Source: Perkinsus chesapeaki ATCC PRA-425 (lineage: Eukaryota > Protista > Perkinsozoa). Taken from it: DNA of 54,100 nt. This document shows, in pieces, positions 1 through 14,059 of the stretch. The notes under the pieces are model-generated. The model was not told where the DNA came from and searched no databases. It worked only from the letters and a program-made list of their open reading frames with translations. The translations under genes were made by a program, and so were the position numbers. Within the stretch, counting starts at the first letter, position 1, and each line of letters starts with the position of its first letter. Location of the stretch: the NCBI GenBank assembly GCA_013115145.1, contig JAAPAO010000198.1, positions 1-54,100 on the forward strand, in the 5' to 3' direction.

Positions 1-223
1 CGGTAAATCACAATAACAACAACTTTAACTTATAGCTACAGCACCCACAGAAATATAGCTAATCGCTTTCCTGCAATGTGCACGAACCCTAATGAGGAAA
101 CATCATTCGTAGCTAGCGCGCGCCCCAGTAATCGATTAGGGTCATTGACATCATTAACATTGTCGAATTGGCATTCACTCTGTATACAGTAGCTCTTTTG
201 CTTTATCGCATTTTCTATCAAAC

Positions 224-3200
224 ATGCCTTCTAATAAGAAGTCCGCTGAAACCACTGAGCCTATCGACGTTGAAAAATGGATGGTTGATGAGTACTACCA
301 GATTTCCTACATCGAAAACCATTGCTAATATTTCAGGCTCGGTTCTCTCGGGCTGGATGGAATCGGTGGCGCGAAGCTCATCGAAACGTTGCTTGACCAG
401 GCAAGTCATTGTTGTCTAACTGAGATTGCATATTGCGGGTTTCAGCACCCCCGTAAAGCCGATCGTGTGACTCAAGTCCGAAAGTATCTTACAACCGCTG
501 GCTTCAAAAGGGCCAGCGCCAATTCCATTAGCCGAACCATTGTTGCTGTTGTGGAAGGGTCTCTGCCTCCTACCAGCCTCAAGGATAAGGTCGATACGTC
601 CTCTGACAAGGAGGCTCCACAACGGCATCAACAGCAAGGTGAGCACCGATAATTGGGTTCGCCACTTGGACGGTCATGTCAGCGACTCCTTCGGAAGATT
701 TGGAATTTTGGAGCCCTAGCGAGGAGGAGTCGGCTGCGGGTGGTGGTGGGATGCATCAGGGATTGGCGGCGGATACTCCCTCACCACCGAGGGCTACCAA
801 GGCCTCAGTTAGACCGAAGAAGGCTAAGCCTATCAAGATTACCGGTAGAGGAAACTAATAGGGAACTTGTGAAAGTTTTGGTAGGCCGTGATTTGACGAC
901 GATGTTGGGCGTAACACAGGAGAGGTCTATTCAGAAGTACAGCGATGATGAGGGACATGGCGGCCGGGTTCTAACGAGGCCTCGGAAACCTCTTACTACT
1001 GGTAGGCTTTGGGGGCATCGGCGATGATAAGGGACGTCTTTCAGCATCTAAAGACCGCAGTAGTGGCAGTCGGAATGTCGGTATGGGCTTCGCGAGTGCA
1101 GTCTCTGGACAAGCCCATCGTCCAGTAGGGGTGTGGGCTGACCCCACGAGGACCGATGGTAGGAGCAATTGTGAGGGTGGTCGTCGATTCACGATTGATT
1201 ATGTTTAGATCGTTCCCGGTCCCTGTCGCCAGAGCTTAGTGAAGTGTATGGTACAGCATTACGCAAGGGACAAGTAAAACTGTCCGGAATGCAGCTCCTT
1301 CAGGTAGGGGGATCTGTTATAATCCTTTGATAGGTGGGCTTCAGGTTTTCGATAACGCACGCGCTCAGAGCAAACTGAAGCGTGATATGGCTGGCAGGCG
1401 ATTGCGAACTAAAGCGTGAGAATAGAGCGCGGATGATTTCCCTATATCGATTTCTCAGCGACGATGGCCAGTCGTCAGATGATGACGTTTACCCCCCGCC
1501 GGCAACTAGTTCTCCTGCCGAGGCATTTTGGCAAACTCCCGATGAGGACGTTTCGGGGAAGAGCGCTCCGGAGCCTAGGGCTGCGCGGGAGAAGCCTCGT
1601 CGGTTGCGCGGCAACAAGGCGCATGAAAGGCCGCAAGACTTCGAGGTAATGCTGACGAAGGGGGGAGACGTATTGAAGAGTGTGGCAGGAATTTGATAAA
1701 CAGCAGAAGGAGACGGAGGCGAAGGATCTCTTTGCAACGCTCCCTGCTGTGCCGATCAATGACGAGGACGAAACGGAGAATGTCGGTGGTGTTTATCATG
1801 CAACGAGCAGAAAGTGAGCTGGTGTAATGGCGGGTACGCTGGTAACTGTGGTGTATAGGGACAAAAAGAAGAACGCTAAAAAACAAGCAGTAGTATCTTC
1901 GAAGAAGGGCGGCGTTTCTAAGGTAGACATGAGTCGATTCCGTGTCGTCGATGTTGAATTGTCTAATGTAGCCTGCCTCCCCTCCTCCTCCAGCTGTAGT
2001 GGCTCCTACAGACAGTATGATGTTACAGCTGCTGGCTAAGCATCAGGTAGTTGGCAGGTGGGGAGAAGGGGAATCCATCATGGGAGGTTTCGGGAAATAA
2101 TGTATTCCGCGAGATATGCAATAAAAGAGCGTTGTTGCACGTCGAATATAGCAATTGGCAGTACTGGTGGATAGGAGGGTATTGCTAATCGTATCACCCT
2201 TATAAAGATGAATAAATATTTATAATGTATATAAACATATCAGTGTACCTGCATCAGTAGGGTTGGCTGGCTGCTGCTTGAGGATTCTAAAAAGGGGGAC
2301 TCTGTGACGAAAGATCTTATCGGCTCGTAGTTGATACCGGGGTTACACAAGCTCCTTGAGTGTGAATGATACGTTAATGCTACTGTGTTCTGCTCCTGGC
2401 CACCTGGAAATCCGTCCATTCCCTTGAGTCTCCTGATTACCGCCGCAGACGCTTTATCATTCGTGAACTTGTCATTTGGCTTATGGGATAGGATTTTCCG
2501 AAGGAGAGTAGCTCTTTTTTGTATGGTAGGGTCGTTGTTGTTGTGGTTATATGGTCTGAGTCGGTTGTGGTTGTTGAACGACTCGGTGTTATATCAGGTA
2601 GCCCAGAGGGAAGAGGCTGAGAGAAAGAAGAAGGCTGAGGAGGAGGAAAAGAGGAGAATTGCTGAGGAAGAGGAGGAGATTCGTCGACAACAGGAGGAGG
2701 AGAAGGCAAGGCTGGAGAGGGAGGAGCAATGGCGAAAACAAAGGGAGGAGGCCCAGAGGCGACAAATAGAGCTGAAGAAGCGCGAGGAAGAAGAGGAACG
2801 TAAAAGGCAGTTGGAGGCTGCTCAAAGGGCTGAAGAGGAAAGGCGTAGAAAAGCTATTGAGGAGGCAGTTAGGAAGGAGAAGGAGGAGATGATGAGGCAG
2901 AAGGAGGCGGAGGAAAAGGAAAGAAAGGAGAAGGAAGAAGCATTGCAGAAGCAACGCGAGGAGGAATTGAGGAGACTTAAGGAGGCCCAAGAGGTTCGGC
3001 AAAGGGGATTCGATCTAGCGTGTTGGAATTTTCGGCTCAGTCGCAGTTTTTGCGGTCGAGAAATGTAGACACTGGGGGTCGAGAAAGAGGCTCATACGAC
3101 GGCATGTCGTCTATAGTAGCTTAAAGCTGATAGCTCTGGCTCTACGAATTACTAGTGAAATATGGGATGTGTTGTGAAACATTCTTCGCTGCACAAATCA

Positions 3201-6200
3201 CATGCAACTAGACAATCGGAATGATTTTATTAGATGTGATAGTGGATCCAGAGTGGCGTGATAGACTTATACGAATATTAAGTAGAGATATTATTGATAC
3301 CTATCAGGAATCATGAGCTATCATGCTTCATAGTGGTGTTTGTTTTAGACTATTTGCACTACTGTTATATAAGGATTGTGATCTTACATGTTGAAATTCT
3401 GTGATATATTTTATGAGTCACCACTTCGCTGGATTCACGTCAGCGATTCGGATGAAATGTCTACATTAGCCTGTTTTGCGAATATAGCCCTTTTCGGTGA
3501 GCATCCTTTGGGAGCAATGATGTTCTGGACTGCTTTGACGGAATTGACTCACTTTTTAGATCGCCCGACAATCACAGCTCGAAGCGGAGAGGCTGAGAAA
3601 GCAGAATGAAGAGAAGGAGGCTCAAGCGGCTATGGAGGCTAAGGAGTCTGGGAAGGAGCAGCAGGAGGTAGTAGTAGTAGTAGCTATGAAGGGGGTATTC
3701 AGTGGGGAAGACGGAGGGGAAGGCTGGGCGACAGTGTTTGCATATCCGCTGAAATCGATACGGTCTGGCATGTTGTGGGATGTGGACTGTTAATCAGCTA
3801 TCCTGACCGTGTGAAAGTGTGGTGAGAAATGTACTATTTGGATTACTTTCGACATCTTACCGTTAACAGGCGAGGAAGGTCTGGAGGAACTTCTTATTGA
3901 TGTCAATTGTGCATTTCTTCGTATCACTTTTCAATCTCCACGGTCCTCTCGACAAGAGGGTAAAAATGCCTGCTTGAATCCCTTGTGTAAAATGTCTTAT
4001 GGTGTTGTTGTTGGGCAGATTGAGAGGAAGGCTGCGGCATTAGCAGCAATGCAGGCCGCAATGGAGGCAAGAGAGAAAGAGTTCGAGGAGAGGATGAAGG
4101 CCATGCAGGAGAAGCTACAGCAGTTAGAGGCGAATAAGGTACGACAGTGGTGGTGGTGGTGGTGGCATGGTGCTATTTTAAGCTCGAAGAGGAAAGTGTG
4201 GTATGAGAATTGCGGAGCGTGGATGCATTGCGCACTATCACTTTGTACGTGCGTGCGTACAAGTATCCAGCAGGTCGATGATCTAGAGGGTTTAAGATTA
4301 CATACTATACACCAATCGATAGCTCTTAATCTGGAGATAATGGAAAAATACGAAGAATAGTATCTGATTGCATCTTAAAGATTTGCGGGCCAAAAATTAT
4401 CTCTTCCACAGAAAAATGGTAGCCCTGGTGATCGAGCCTACGACCATCTAAGTTGGATGATACAACAGAATCTACTTATGATTCGCCGAGCTCCGTCCCT
4501 TCTTGGATGGGAGGCCTAGTATTACAGTCCGGTCAAGAAATTATTGTGCTCTAGGATGAACTCCCCAGTGCTCACCTGGGGCTCTACCTCATTCTTCTGT
4601 TCATTTTTCGTGAAATTCATTCGACCGTATTTGACCGCTACCGCCGAATCAACGTGTCTATCTTTTGCGCATATATAGGTCGGTGGAAAATATAGCACCC
4701 TATATAAGCTTGGCACTCGCAGGTGTTGATAGCCTCGGCTGCTGTTGTGGGCTTACTTGTTATTTTCAGGGGGAAAACGGAGAAAGTTCCAACAGGAGTG
4801 CACAGCAGCTGCCTCAGCAGCAACAAGTAGGCATCATCAGTTTCGTGGCGCGTGACGATATTTTTGCTATTCAGATTATCGATAGACAATTATCTGTCAT
4901 TACTGCTAGTCGCTCCGCTACTGCTAGACAGCAGTGCGTGAATACAATGAAGCACTTCCTTCAGAGGCTCACCAGGTAGCGCAACAGAAGGGGACGCTGC
5001 TGAGGTTGAAGCATGCTTTTCTTAGGCAATATGATATTCATGTCGATACTGGTAGCTGGAAGAAGCGTCTCGAGCAGGAGGGGGAAGGCGCGGCGCCTAC
5101 TTGGAACTGGTAGGTTCATGGGAGGGCAATTGAGACTTGTGGTTCACAAGGGGGGTTATACAGTCGTCACGAGTGAAACTAGTAACCTTGCTTGTTTGTT
5201 GATGATCTGGGTGTTTGGTCGGAGAGGAATCCTCTTGGAGGGACGTGAAATGCTAAAGTCGAAATGGATGTGTTTTCGTTATTTCTGGTTTATAATGGAT
5301 TTGTTTTCTCTCACCAGAGCTGTACTTTATATCGTACCTGGTAGTCATCGGAGCCACCGGGTCGGAGGGTGCATCGATTTCGCTTGTCGAATGAGCAAAA
5401 ACCCAAAAACCCTAAACCCGAATTCGGTATTTGCTGCTGGGTTCGCCTGGGCATATTCGTTGTTTAGGTGCGACCAGCTACTGGTATTCCGTCCATTGGA
5501 TTCTCGAGGCTCCAAGGTGCTACCCACTCCTATGCCGGCCTATATGGACACGGACAACTGCGAGGTAGAAGGAGGACGGAGGGCGTAGCATACCGACACT
5601 GGCTTCATCTGATATCCGCAGGTCCGAATCACGCATGTCGTGCTATGTACCAACTATGTTGGGTTAATTATCGGTGATGTTAAAGTAGATGGTCAGGAGG
5701 AACGTGAAAGGCTTGCTGCTGGTGAGCTGCTTCGATTGCCGGTCACCACGTTGTCCCAGGGGAGGGCATACACTGGGCAGCTTCTCGTCTGTATAGTGCT
5801 GTGTCGCCGGGATATATAGGTCCAAATCCGGTATCCGGTCCAAATGATCGTGATTTCTAGTAGCTTCATTTGCATTGTAAAAATCTAAATTTTCGTCAAC
5901 TCACTCTGTCAGTCGCATGTAGACGGTGACGCTTATTTCGGCATCTGCCAGTATATTTTTAGTGAAGAGCAGCACTCTTTCGATTAAACGTCCTGTACTT
6001 GGCATTCGGTTGTCATATCCAGTATTGTGTCCTTCTATACAGATAATCTGGGTTATGTATTCATCACGCCTCATCATGGTCCTTGTCATACCTGTATCGT
6101 ACTGGGAGGACATCTTGTTAAATCTTAAAGTGTTTTTGCTAACTGTTATTGATCAATATTTTTAAAATGATTATGACTATCATTTTAACAATCGTCTAAA

Positions 6201-7311
6201 GAACGACTTTCTGTTGGAAATATTTATCTTTTCCGTGTTTTGCATTTAGGGGTGATAGTCTGCGGTCGCTCTGGCGGCCTCCCCGGTCAATCGCCAGTTG
6301 GCACTTACCGAGCAATTGATGTGGTTCGGGCAGTATTGCGCCGTAACAAGGACACGCTCGACAGTGACTGGACAGTGCAGGGCGTTAAGGAAATTAAAGA
6401 TGTAAGGCGGAGCGAAGCGGTTTTTGTTTGCACATTTTGGTTTTCTGTTGTTAGCTGGACGTTACGCCTCAGTCAAGCCTCACAAATCAGGATCACAAGC
6501 ACGAGGATGTCTACCTGCAGGAGCTGGAGAAACCTATGTTCATCACAGCTCCTAGGGAGACAATCACGGTGAAGCAAAGGGCACCGCCGGCTCGCTCTGG
6601 GGTGAGTTTTGGGGGGGGGCTGGGCGATTGGACGGGCTGATTTTTTAGTCCCAAACGACCGGAGCGTTGCCGCCGTGGCGCAGGAATACGGCCACAGAGG
6701 AGTTGCCGTGGGCAGCTGGCCCGAGTAGGCAGCAGAGCAATAGAGAGCCGGGCACGCCGAACGCGTTGTTCCGCACGGGGGAAAGGAGAGACTACACGGA
6801 TTCTCAGATACATTTCGACCAAGAGGGTAGGGGAGTGTGATGAGGAGGGATTTTGAGGAGTTGTGGATGATCAGGTCGAAGTTACGGTCTACTTGAGATG
6901 TTACGTTTCCGCACAATTTCCGCGGAGCCACCGAAGGAGCTGATGACCATGCGTGAGATTGAGGGGTTCGCCGACAGTAGGAAGAAGGACGACTTTACTG
7001 CTCGCTCGGCAGCAGCAGGCGGTGAGCAGGCGACCGCTGCATCATCGAGGGTACGTCGGGATGGTTTGGAGTACAGAGTTCGGAGGAAGATCGGTAGGGA
7101 AGATTTACTGTAGCTTTTATTACAGTTGAACTGTTAATTTAGCTATTACCATACAACACTTTATATTTATTTTACATTGACTTAACTATTAGGCGTATTG
7201 TGGTGTGTTTCTCAGGGAGCATCTTCGCCGACGAGACCGGGGTCCCAGCCAGCCCGGGAAGCGCCCTGGCGATCAGTAGCCGTCCCGACTAAAGAGGATG
7301 GCTTCTGGTAA
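224..7311 (+). CDS. Large multi-exon hypothetical protein: low-complexity N-terminus, long E/R/K coiled coil, unassigned C-terminal region
   Basis: Exons join in frame from ATG 224 (MPSNKKSAETTEPIDVEKWMVDE|LGSLGLDG...) through ...LLAKHQ|VAQREEAERKKK... (2598-2993), LEAERLRKQNEE (~3582) and IERKAAALAAMQ (~4019), to a last exon GASSPTRPG...EDGFW* with TAA at 7309-7311. GT-AG junctions, plus one CAG|GCAAGT donor at 401. Some middle junctions are unresolved, so this could be two genes. Confidence 0.55.
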
Positions 7312-7826
7312 ACAGCCGCACTCCCCTTGCCGCCACCGCTGCTGCTGCTGTGATTGCAGAATTGCTGTTGTTGTTGTCGTGGCCGCTAGTGTTCCTAATG
7401 TATGCTAACCGAGAGTTTTTACGCATAGTCGGTGACGGTGTGATCTGGTAGTAATGAACCATTACTAATAATTTTACTAGTTAATCTGCTGAAGGCGGGG
7501 GTCGATGGTGATGCGTGAAGTTTAGTGCAGCATTCATTTTGCGCCGACTTCATCTTCACCATTATATTCTTCCTCCGTCTGTTGGTTTGATATTCCATCA
7601 TCGCCTGTATTGCAGATGTCGAGTTTAGTCAGATAATCGCAGCTGTAGGTGGAGGTTTCCCGCGGGGCTGGCGCCCCCATGTAGGCTTGATTCCATGTTC
7701 AAATTTCGATCTAAGTTTCTTGTCGCGGTTCCCTTCATGAACCTCCAGTGGAGTTCAGTCTTTTACTTGGACGACCGGGAATACTCTGGAAATTGAACTT
7801 CCTCGAGCAGTTTGTGTTTCGATGGA

Positions 7827-10800
7827 ATGGTAGTATCGCGAGTAGCTGAGGCGGACGTCCATCGGGGGCGGCGGCGGCGCTGCGGATTGGCGTGTCTGCT
7901 GCTGCTAGTCCTTGCGGGAATAACGGTACTGGGGAGTTGTGTGCAGCTGCTCTTTGTGCTGTCGGGTTTGAATAGCTCAGTGCGTTTGAGGGGGAGTTCT
8001 TCCATACCAGAGGTCGAGGGTTCTACACCCGCTTGGTTTAATTTAAATCAATTTGCGGCAGTGGCATTGATCCCTTCCATCATGATCACTTCGGGGCTTT
8101 CCAGAGCAGCAGCCAAGCGAGCGCAGCAACGTTGTCTGGCGGCGGCCTTGAGGAGAGCCTCCTCTGCCGTCCCTCGATCCCGTCACTCTTTCGTTCGACC
8201 GCCGATGGCATCGGAGCCTCGCGTCGGGTGTGTGGGGGCCTCCGTCGTTCAATGCAGACGTTTTAACTCGGGTAAAACCGTCCCAGTCGTCTTATCTGCT
8301 GGAGATCATCTTCACGGCTTCACTGTCGTACAGGCCGCCACAGTTCCGGATATCTCAGCGGTGCTGTATGTCCTCGAACACGATCTTTCGGGTGCCCGGT
8401 TCCTCGCGCTGTCGAACTCCGATCCGAACAAGTGCTTTGGGGCAGCCTTCCCGACCCCACCCGAGGACAACTCCGGCGTGGCACACGTTCTTGAGCACTC
8501 GGTCCTGTGCGGAAGTCGGGCTTATCCGACCAAGGATCCTTTTGCGACATTATTGCAGTCAAGTCATCAAACTTTCCTGAACGCTCTCACCTATCCCGAC
8601 CGAACATGTTATCCGGTGTCCTCCTGTAACAGCCAAGATCTTTACAACTTAGCCGACGTTTATATGGATGCATTACTCCACCCAAGGGTAGTTGAAGAGG
8701 ACTTCATCATTCGACAAGAGGGCTGGAGGGTTCAGCAGTCTGGAGAGGGAGAAGAGGAGGAGGAGAGCTCTTCGTTGCAAGGAGTGGTGTATAATGAGAT
8801 GAAGGGAGTCTATTCGAGTGCGGATATGTTGCACTATAGAATGGTCGGGCGGGCGTTAAACCCGGACAATTGCTATCGGTTTGACAGTGGTGGTGATCCG
8901 TTGATGATTCCGAAGGAGCTTAGTCAAGAGCGTCTGGTGAGTTTTTATAAGGAACATTATCATCCTGGACGAGCGGTGTTTTGGTTTTATGGCGATGGTG
9001 ACGTTGGACAGCAGGCTGAGTGGCTGGCATCGAAGCTTGAAGGCTATACGAGGCCGGATGATAGCCTTCAATCCGACCAGCGGGAGAGGTACATGCAACC
9101 TCTGAAGGATCTTACGGGGCACCCGCCACGTCACGTCACGTTCGACTACGACCCTAAGATGCCCGATTTTGACTCGAAATCGCAGGTGTCGGTGTGCTGG
9201 CTACTCAACGACGATCGTTTGACCCCAGATGACCGCATCAGACTGGCTGTGTTCGATTCCCTCATGCTGGGCAGAGCGAGCTCTCCGCTGGCAAGGAGGC
9301 TGCTGGACTCGGGGATCGGGAAATCTTTGGCGATCGGGAGCGGCACTCAGGACGACCTCAGGCAAGCTATTTACAGTGTGGGGCTGAAGGACGTTAAAAG
9401 AGGCGATGAGGAGCAGGTGGAGGGTCTTGTGCTGCAGTGTCTGGAGGAGATACAGCGGGATGGTGTCGACAAGCTGGACGTCCAGGCGGCTGTAAACGCA
9501 GTTGAGTTCAAGTTGAGGGAGTTCAACACCGGCAGACTGCCGCGGGGAGTTGCTTGGTTCTTGGCTGTGGCGCCGGAGTGCCTGTATAATGGAACAGGCC
9601 ATGATGATGTGAGCGATATTATGAGGTTCGAGGCGCCATTGAGGCGACTGAAGGAGGAGCTGGCCGTGAATGTTCCTGTGTTCGAAGGTATTGTGGGAAG
9701 GATATTGGCTAATAAGCATCGAGTGACGGTGGTTACGAGTCCAGAGGCGGGCAAGGGAGAGAGGCTCCGGCAGAAGGAGAAAAAACTGATGGAAGAAGTG
9801 ACGAGTGAGGGCGGAGCGAAGCTGGCAGATCAAACTCGGCGCATGATGGAGTGGCAGAATAGCGAAGACAGTATTGAGGACATCGCCAAGATACCAACGC
9901 TGAGGAAGGAAGATATGCCTAGAGAGGAGCAGGAGATAGTTTGCCAGAAGGATGAGGGAGTGCTCTGGCACCCGGAAGTTCGGACACAAGGTCTTGTCTA
10001 TGCCGATGCTGTATTCGATGTCACTGGCTTGAGCATTGAGGATCAGGTGGGCGGGGCGGGGGGGGCTGCTGTGATCGTCAGTTTTCGTGGCGCGCAGGAA
10101 AATTTAGTCGCAATACAGTGAATTTATAGGAACGCTGTCCGGGGGGCAATTTGTTTTTAGCCCTGTTGAGCACGGTATTGATTGATCACACTATAGTTAG
10201 TAAGAAGAAGCTGGTCTCTGGGAATGGATATTAGACGCCGGGGAGCCCCGGGGATATCCTCATCTACGGTCCAATAAAATCCTCCCCTATATGCATTTCG
10301 AGGGGGATGTTTGCACTGTGGTGAAATATAATATTTGCATAGGGAATGTTACTGGGGCAAAGGGAAGTCTTGAGTGCATTCTTCGAACATCCATCTGGTA
10401 TTGCTTCATAACGCCGCTTTGAAGCCTTTTATAGCAGGAAGGATTGTTGTATTGGGAATCATTAGATGTATTAGAATATATGTTAATATCTAATATTGAT
10501 ATATGAGGAATTTTCAGTGTTTCAGTCCCGTCTGCCTATAGTTTTAAAGGCGCTCACTGAGCTGGGGCTCGAAGAGGGCGAGTCAGTGCAGGAGTTACAC
10601 AGGCGAATCGAGACACATACTGGTGGAGTGTCGGTAAGCTTTATTTGTTGAGCGACGTCATACCGACTTTTCCTCCAACAGGGTGGAATTGTGAATGTAG
10701 CTAGCTTAGCTGGAGGACGGACAGCGGCTGTTATTAGAGGACGTTGCCTATTGGAGAAGACTGAAACCTTGGCGAGTGTCATGGGTAAGACGGATATGTG

Positions 10801-13670
10801 AGTTGGAGGACTCCTAGACTAGAATTCCCGCCGCTCTTCAAGTCCCGAGCCGGAGTATTCGGTTCCGGTAAGGGGTAGCTGGTACTACCAGCTACCCCTA
10901 CTATCAGCCTGGTAGGCGCAGCCTCTAACCAGATTCAACGCTGTCAAAAATGCAGAACATATTTTCTTGTTGCTTTTCTCAATCGGTGGAAATCTCGCTA
11001 TCTTCGCCTTGACAGCAATTGCGTTAGGTAATCTTCTGATCATCATAGTGTTTCAGAGATTATGTTTGGTTATATTGCGGCTTTGCGAACTGCAATTTTT
11101 TTGCATTACGCACATTCATTTCTTTCCGAGCCTGCCCTGTGACCACGTGACGCTGTTGCTCTTTGTTCAGCTGATATTGTTAACTCCTGCAACTGGCTTG
11201 GTAACCGTCAAAGGCTAACTGAGGTCATCGATGAGATGTGCAGCAATTGGGAGCAGTCCATGCTGGTGAGCAAGGGTATACGGTCTTAGAAAGGACAATT
11301 CGCTTAGTGTCAAAGCTCTTTTGAATTGTTCGAGAAGTAATTAGTTCAACCAGACATGGTGTCGTAGTGGCATCATCATCATCATTATCGCCGCAGTGCA
11401 GTATGTTCCACGAAGCTAATAACCTTTTCCAGTTTATAGTTAGGTAGTTGTTTAGTATAGGAAACCTATAACCAGTTTCCTATACTTTAGTTACTACTAC
11501 AGTATTTTATGGTGTATTATACACTTTACTATAGCTTCTCTAATTCGGCGATCACTGCACTGTGGTTCCATCGCTATCGTTACACTAATTTGTCCGCTTG
11601 TCTGGTTTGACCTTTTTTGTGAGTATCTTACAATCCACCATATAAGGCGTGGCTCGAGGAACGAGGATATCAATTTTTAATAGTGCAAGTTTCTTAATGA
11701 AAGCAACTGTTCGGATAATAGACTATTATCTTATAAAATATAACGTACTGAATACATTGTTTCTGACAGTAACCTGAGAATCAATCGCTTCCCGGAACAA
11801 TTCGTATTTTGGTTCTTCCTCATCAGATTGGTGCCGGTCACCAGCTAGCTCTGAGTGCAGCATACGCCTCGCTTCCCTCCGACAGTCGAGTCCACGATGC
11901 CAATAGGAGGGACTATGCGCAAAATGGTAGGTGTCTCCTCCCAAGCGCTTCGGAAATCTCGTTCTACTGCAGGCTTGCCACATTACCGCGAGCTCTTGCG
12001 GCTGAGAAATCTGCTCAAGTCGGACGACAAATGGCTGGATGTGGCTGAGGCGTTGAGGCTGACGGCGGCCCGCGCGCTGAACAGGTGAATTCGAAGAAGG
12101 TTTACCAGGACGACTTGGTGATTAGAGAGACGTTCGCTGTGGTGAGTGCAGCGGGTCCGGAGGAGTCAAAGGAAATCTGGGGAGGCTTTAGCGGCCGACT
12201 TTCGAGATCAGGTAGGAGGTATGCCTCAACGATTTAGAGGTAGATGGTCACTATCAGGTGCTCGGGAAGGAGGCTCCAATTTGGTAACTGTGGGAGCTCT
12301 CGGCATACCGGGAACATCCTATGCCATAGCCTCACCGACCGCACAGGTGAAGCGACCGGCAGATATTTTCATTGAGCAGTTGGTCAGGTTGGATATAATT
12401 CCAGAGCATTGACTGTGGCAGAGGGAACGGATGTTGGTAACGCTATTGTGGCGGCTCAGTTGGTTAATATGAACTATATGTGGCAACAGATACGCATGCA
12501 GGTGAGGGAATGGGGGGGGTTGGTGAAGTGGTATATCTGAGCCGGTTATATTGTATAGCGTTGACCATACTGTCATTAGCTGCTAAGGTTTCACGGTGCA
12601 ACTCCGCAATGTTTTATCATTACTATTTTACTGTGTTGTCTTCTGGTCTGTCATATTACAGTGTGTCTACTCGCATTTAGGTATTAGGTAAATATAGGTC
12701 GTCCAACGCCTCACCTATTGCTTGTCACTCCTCGGACAACGACAGCTTAATGGTTAGCAGATAGTCATAGTTAGGGCCGATTTTCTTAGTACTGCAATGC
12801 ATGGGCTAGTATCTCACTTGATGACGATCTACTCCTTAACTGCTTGCTGTCATGTCAGGGAGGAGCATACGGTGCAGCATGTCAATTCAATCACCGCAGC
12901 AAGACGTTCGGCATGACCACTTATAGAGACCCGCATGTGAGGAGGTCTTTGCAGATTATGCGAGACGTAAGGCCTCCGCCTTACTTCGGGGATTATCTTC
13001 AATGCAGGCTGGCAAATGGTTGCAAGATTCGGCGTCGTTTGATTCGAGTACGGTGGACCAAGCTACAGTTGGTGTGATAGGGCAGCTTGAGATAGGCCAC
13101 TTCATGCCTGATGAGGTAGAGCCAGCCACTGATGCCCTTCCTGTGTGGGTTCGTGTATGATTAGCATTTGCTACATGATACTTTAAAGTCTATGAGTCTC
13201 CGTAAATGTTCTACAATACTGTGCAGTAAGCGTAGGTCACCGTCTGCATGTGATTTTGTAACCGTAGTAATATTGTACACTTCTGCGTAGATGTGTATGT
13301 TTCATGTCCTCTTTGTGAATCACAGATTGTAATTGAGTGACCTGCTTAAAAGGCTATCATGCGAAGTGTGGAATGGTCGATGCACCACAGTCGTATCTTT
13401 GCAGACACTCCGCGCATCATTGATCCGCTGGCTTGCTGGTGAGACTCCCGAGGAGCGCCAGGCCCGCCGTATTGGCATCTTGGCGGCTACCAAAGAGGGA
13501 ATCCGTGAAGTCGGTGAGCACATTGTCGACACGAGCTCCTCTGCTGAGGTAACACAATCACCAGTCGTTATCGTCTTGGTAATGCTTGACAGGTCTGCAT
13601 TGGAAGTGAGGCAGCACTAACTGAGGCTGGTATCAGTCCAGTACTACCGCTTGTTGGAGATGCGGAGTAG
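7827..13670 (+). CDS. PREP: Presequence protease / falcilysin-like M16C metallopeptidase with a long N-terminal targeting leader
   Basis: Inverted zinc motif HVLEH in TPPEDNSGVAHVLEHSVLCGS; FLNALTYPDRTCYP; GVVYNEMKG; YRFDSGGDP; FKLREFNTG. C-terminal exons give ...YMWQQIRMQ|GGAYGAAC...TYRDPH. First exon 7827-10046, followed by about 11 spliced exons ending ...VGDAE* at 13670. Confidence 0.93.
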
Positions 13671-14059
13671 ATGTGTTTCATTGTGCCTTTGTTTCCTATT
13701 GGGACAAGTGTTGTGCTTACGTCAATTCTTCTACTTCTCCGTTGTTCTCTGAGCGGCTGTCACCATCTTGCCCATAGAGCTCGTTTCATGGTACGTCTGA
13801 TGCATAAAGCCACCATCTGTACAACAGCATTACATCGGTCCCTAGTAGTTGGAATAATGCCACACAATATGCGTGAGATTTGAGTTCTTCTAACTACGGA
13901 CCCATCACTGACTGAAGCCAATATGTCTTCATGCCCGTAGTTAGATCCCGCCCCCCCCCAGGGCGTTTTTAATAGGAGCATTGTTGCTTAATTTATGATA
14001 GGCAAGTATAATGACATGATATATTTGTAATGTCAGTTCAACCCGCGCTATCTTCGGAT

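Noticed and set aside
2437-3002. Leu/Phe/Pro-rich - strand ORFs
   Set aside because: Antisense of the GAG/AAG-rich coiled-coil exon.
5013-5588. 191-aa ORF
   Set aside because: Reads through several introns of the large coiled-coil gene, so only parts are exonic.
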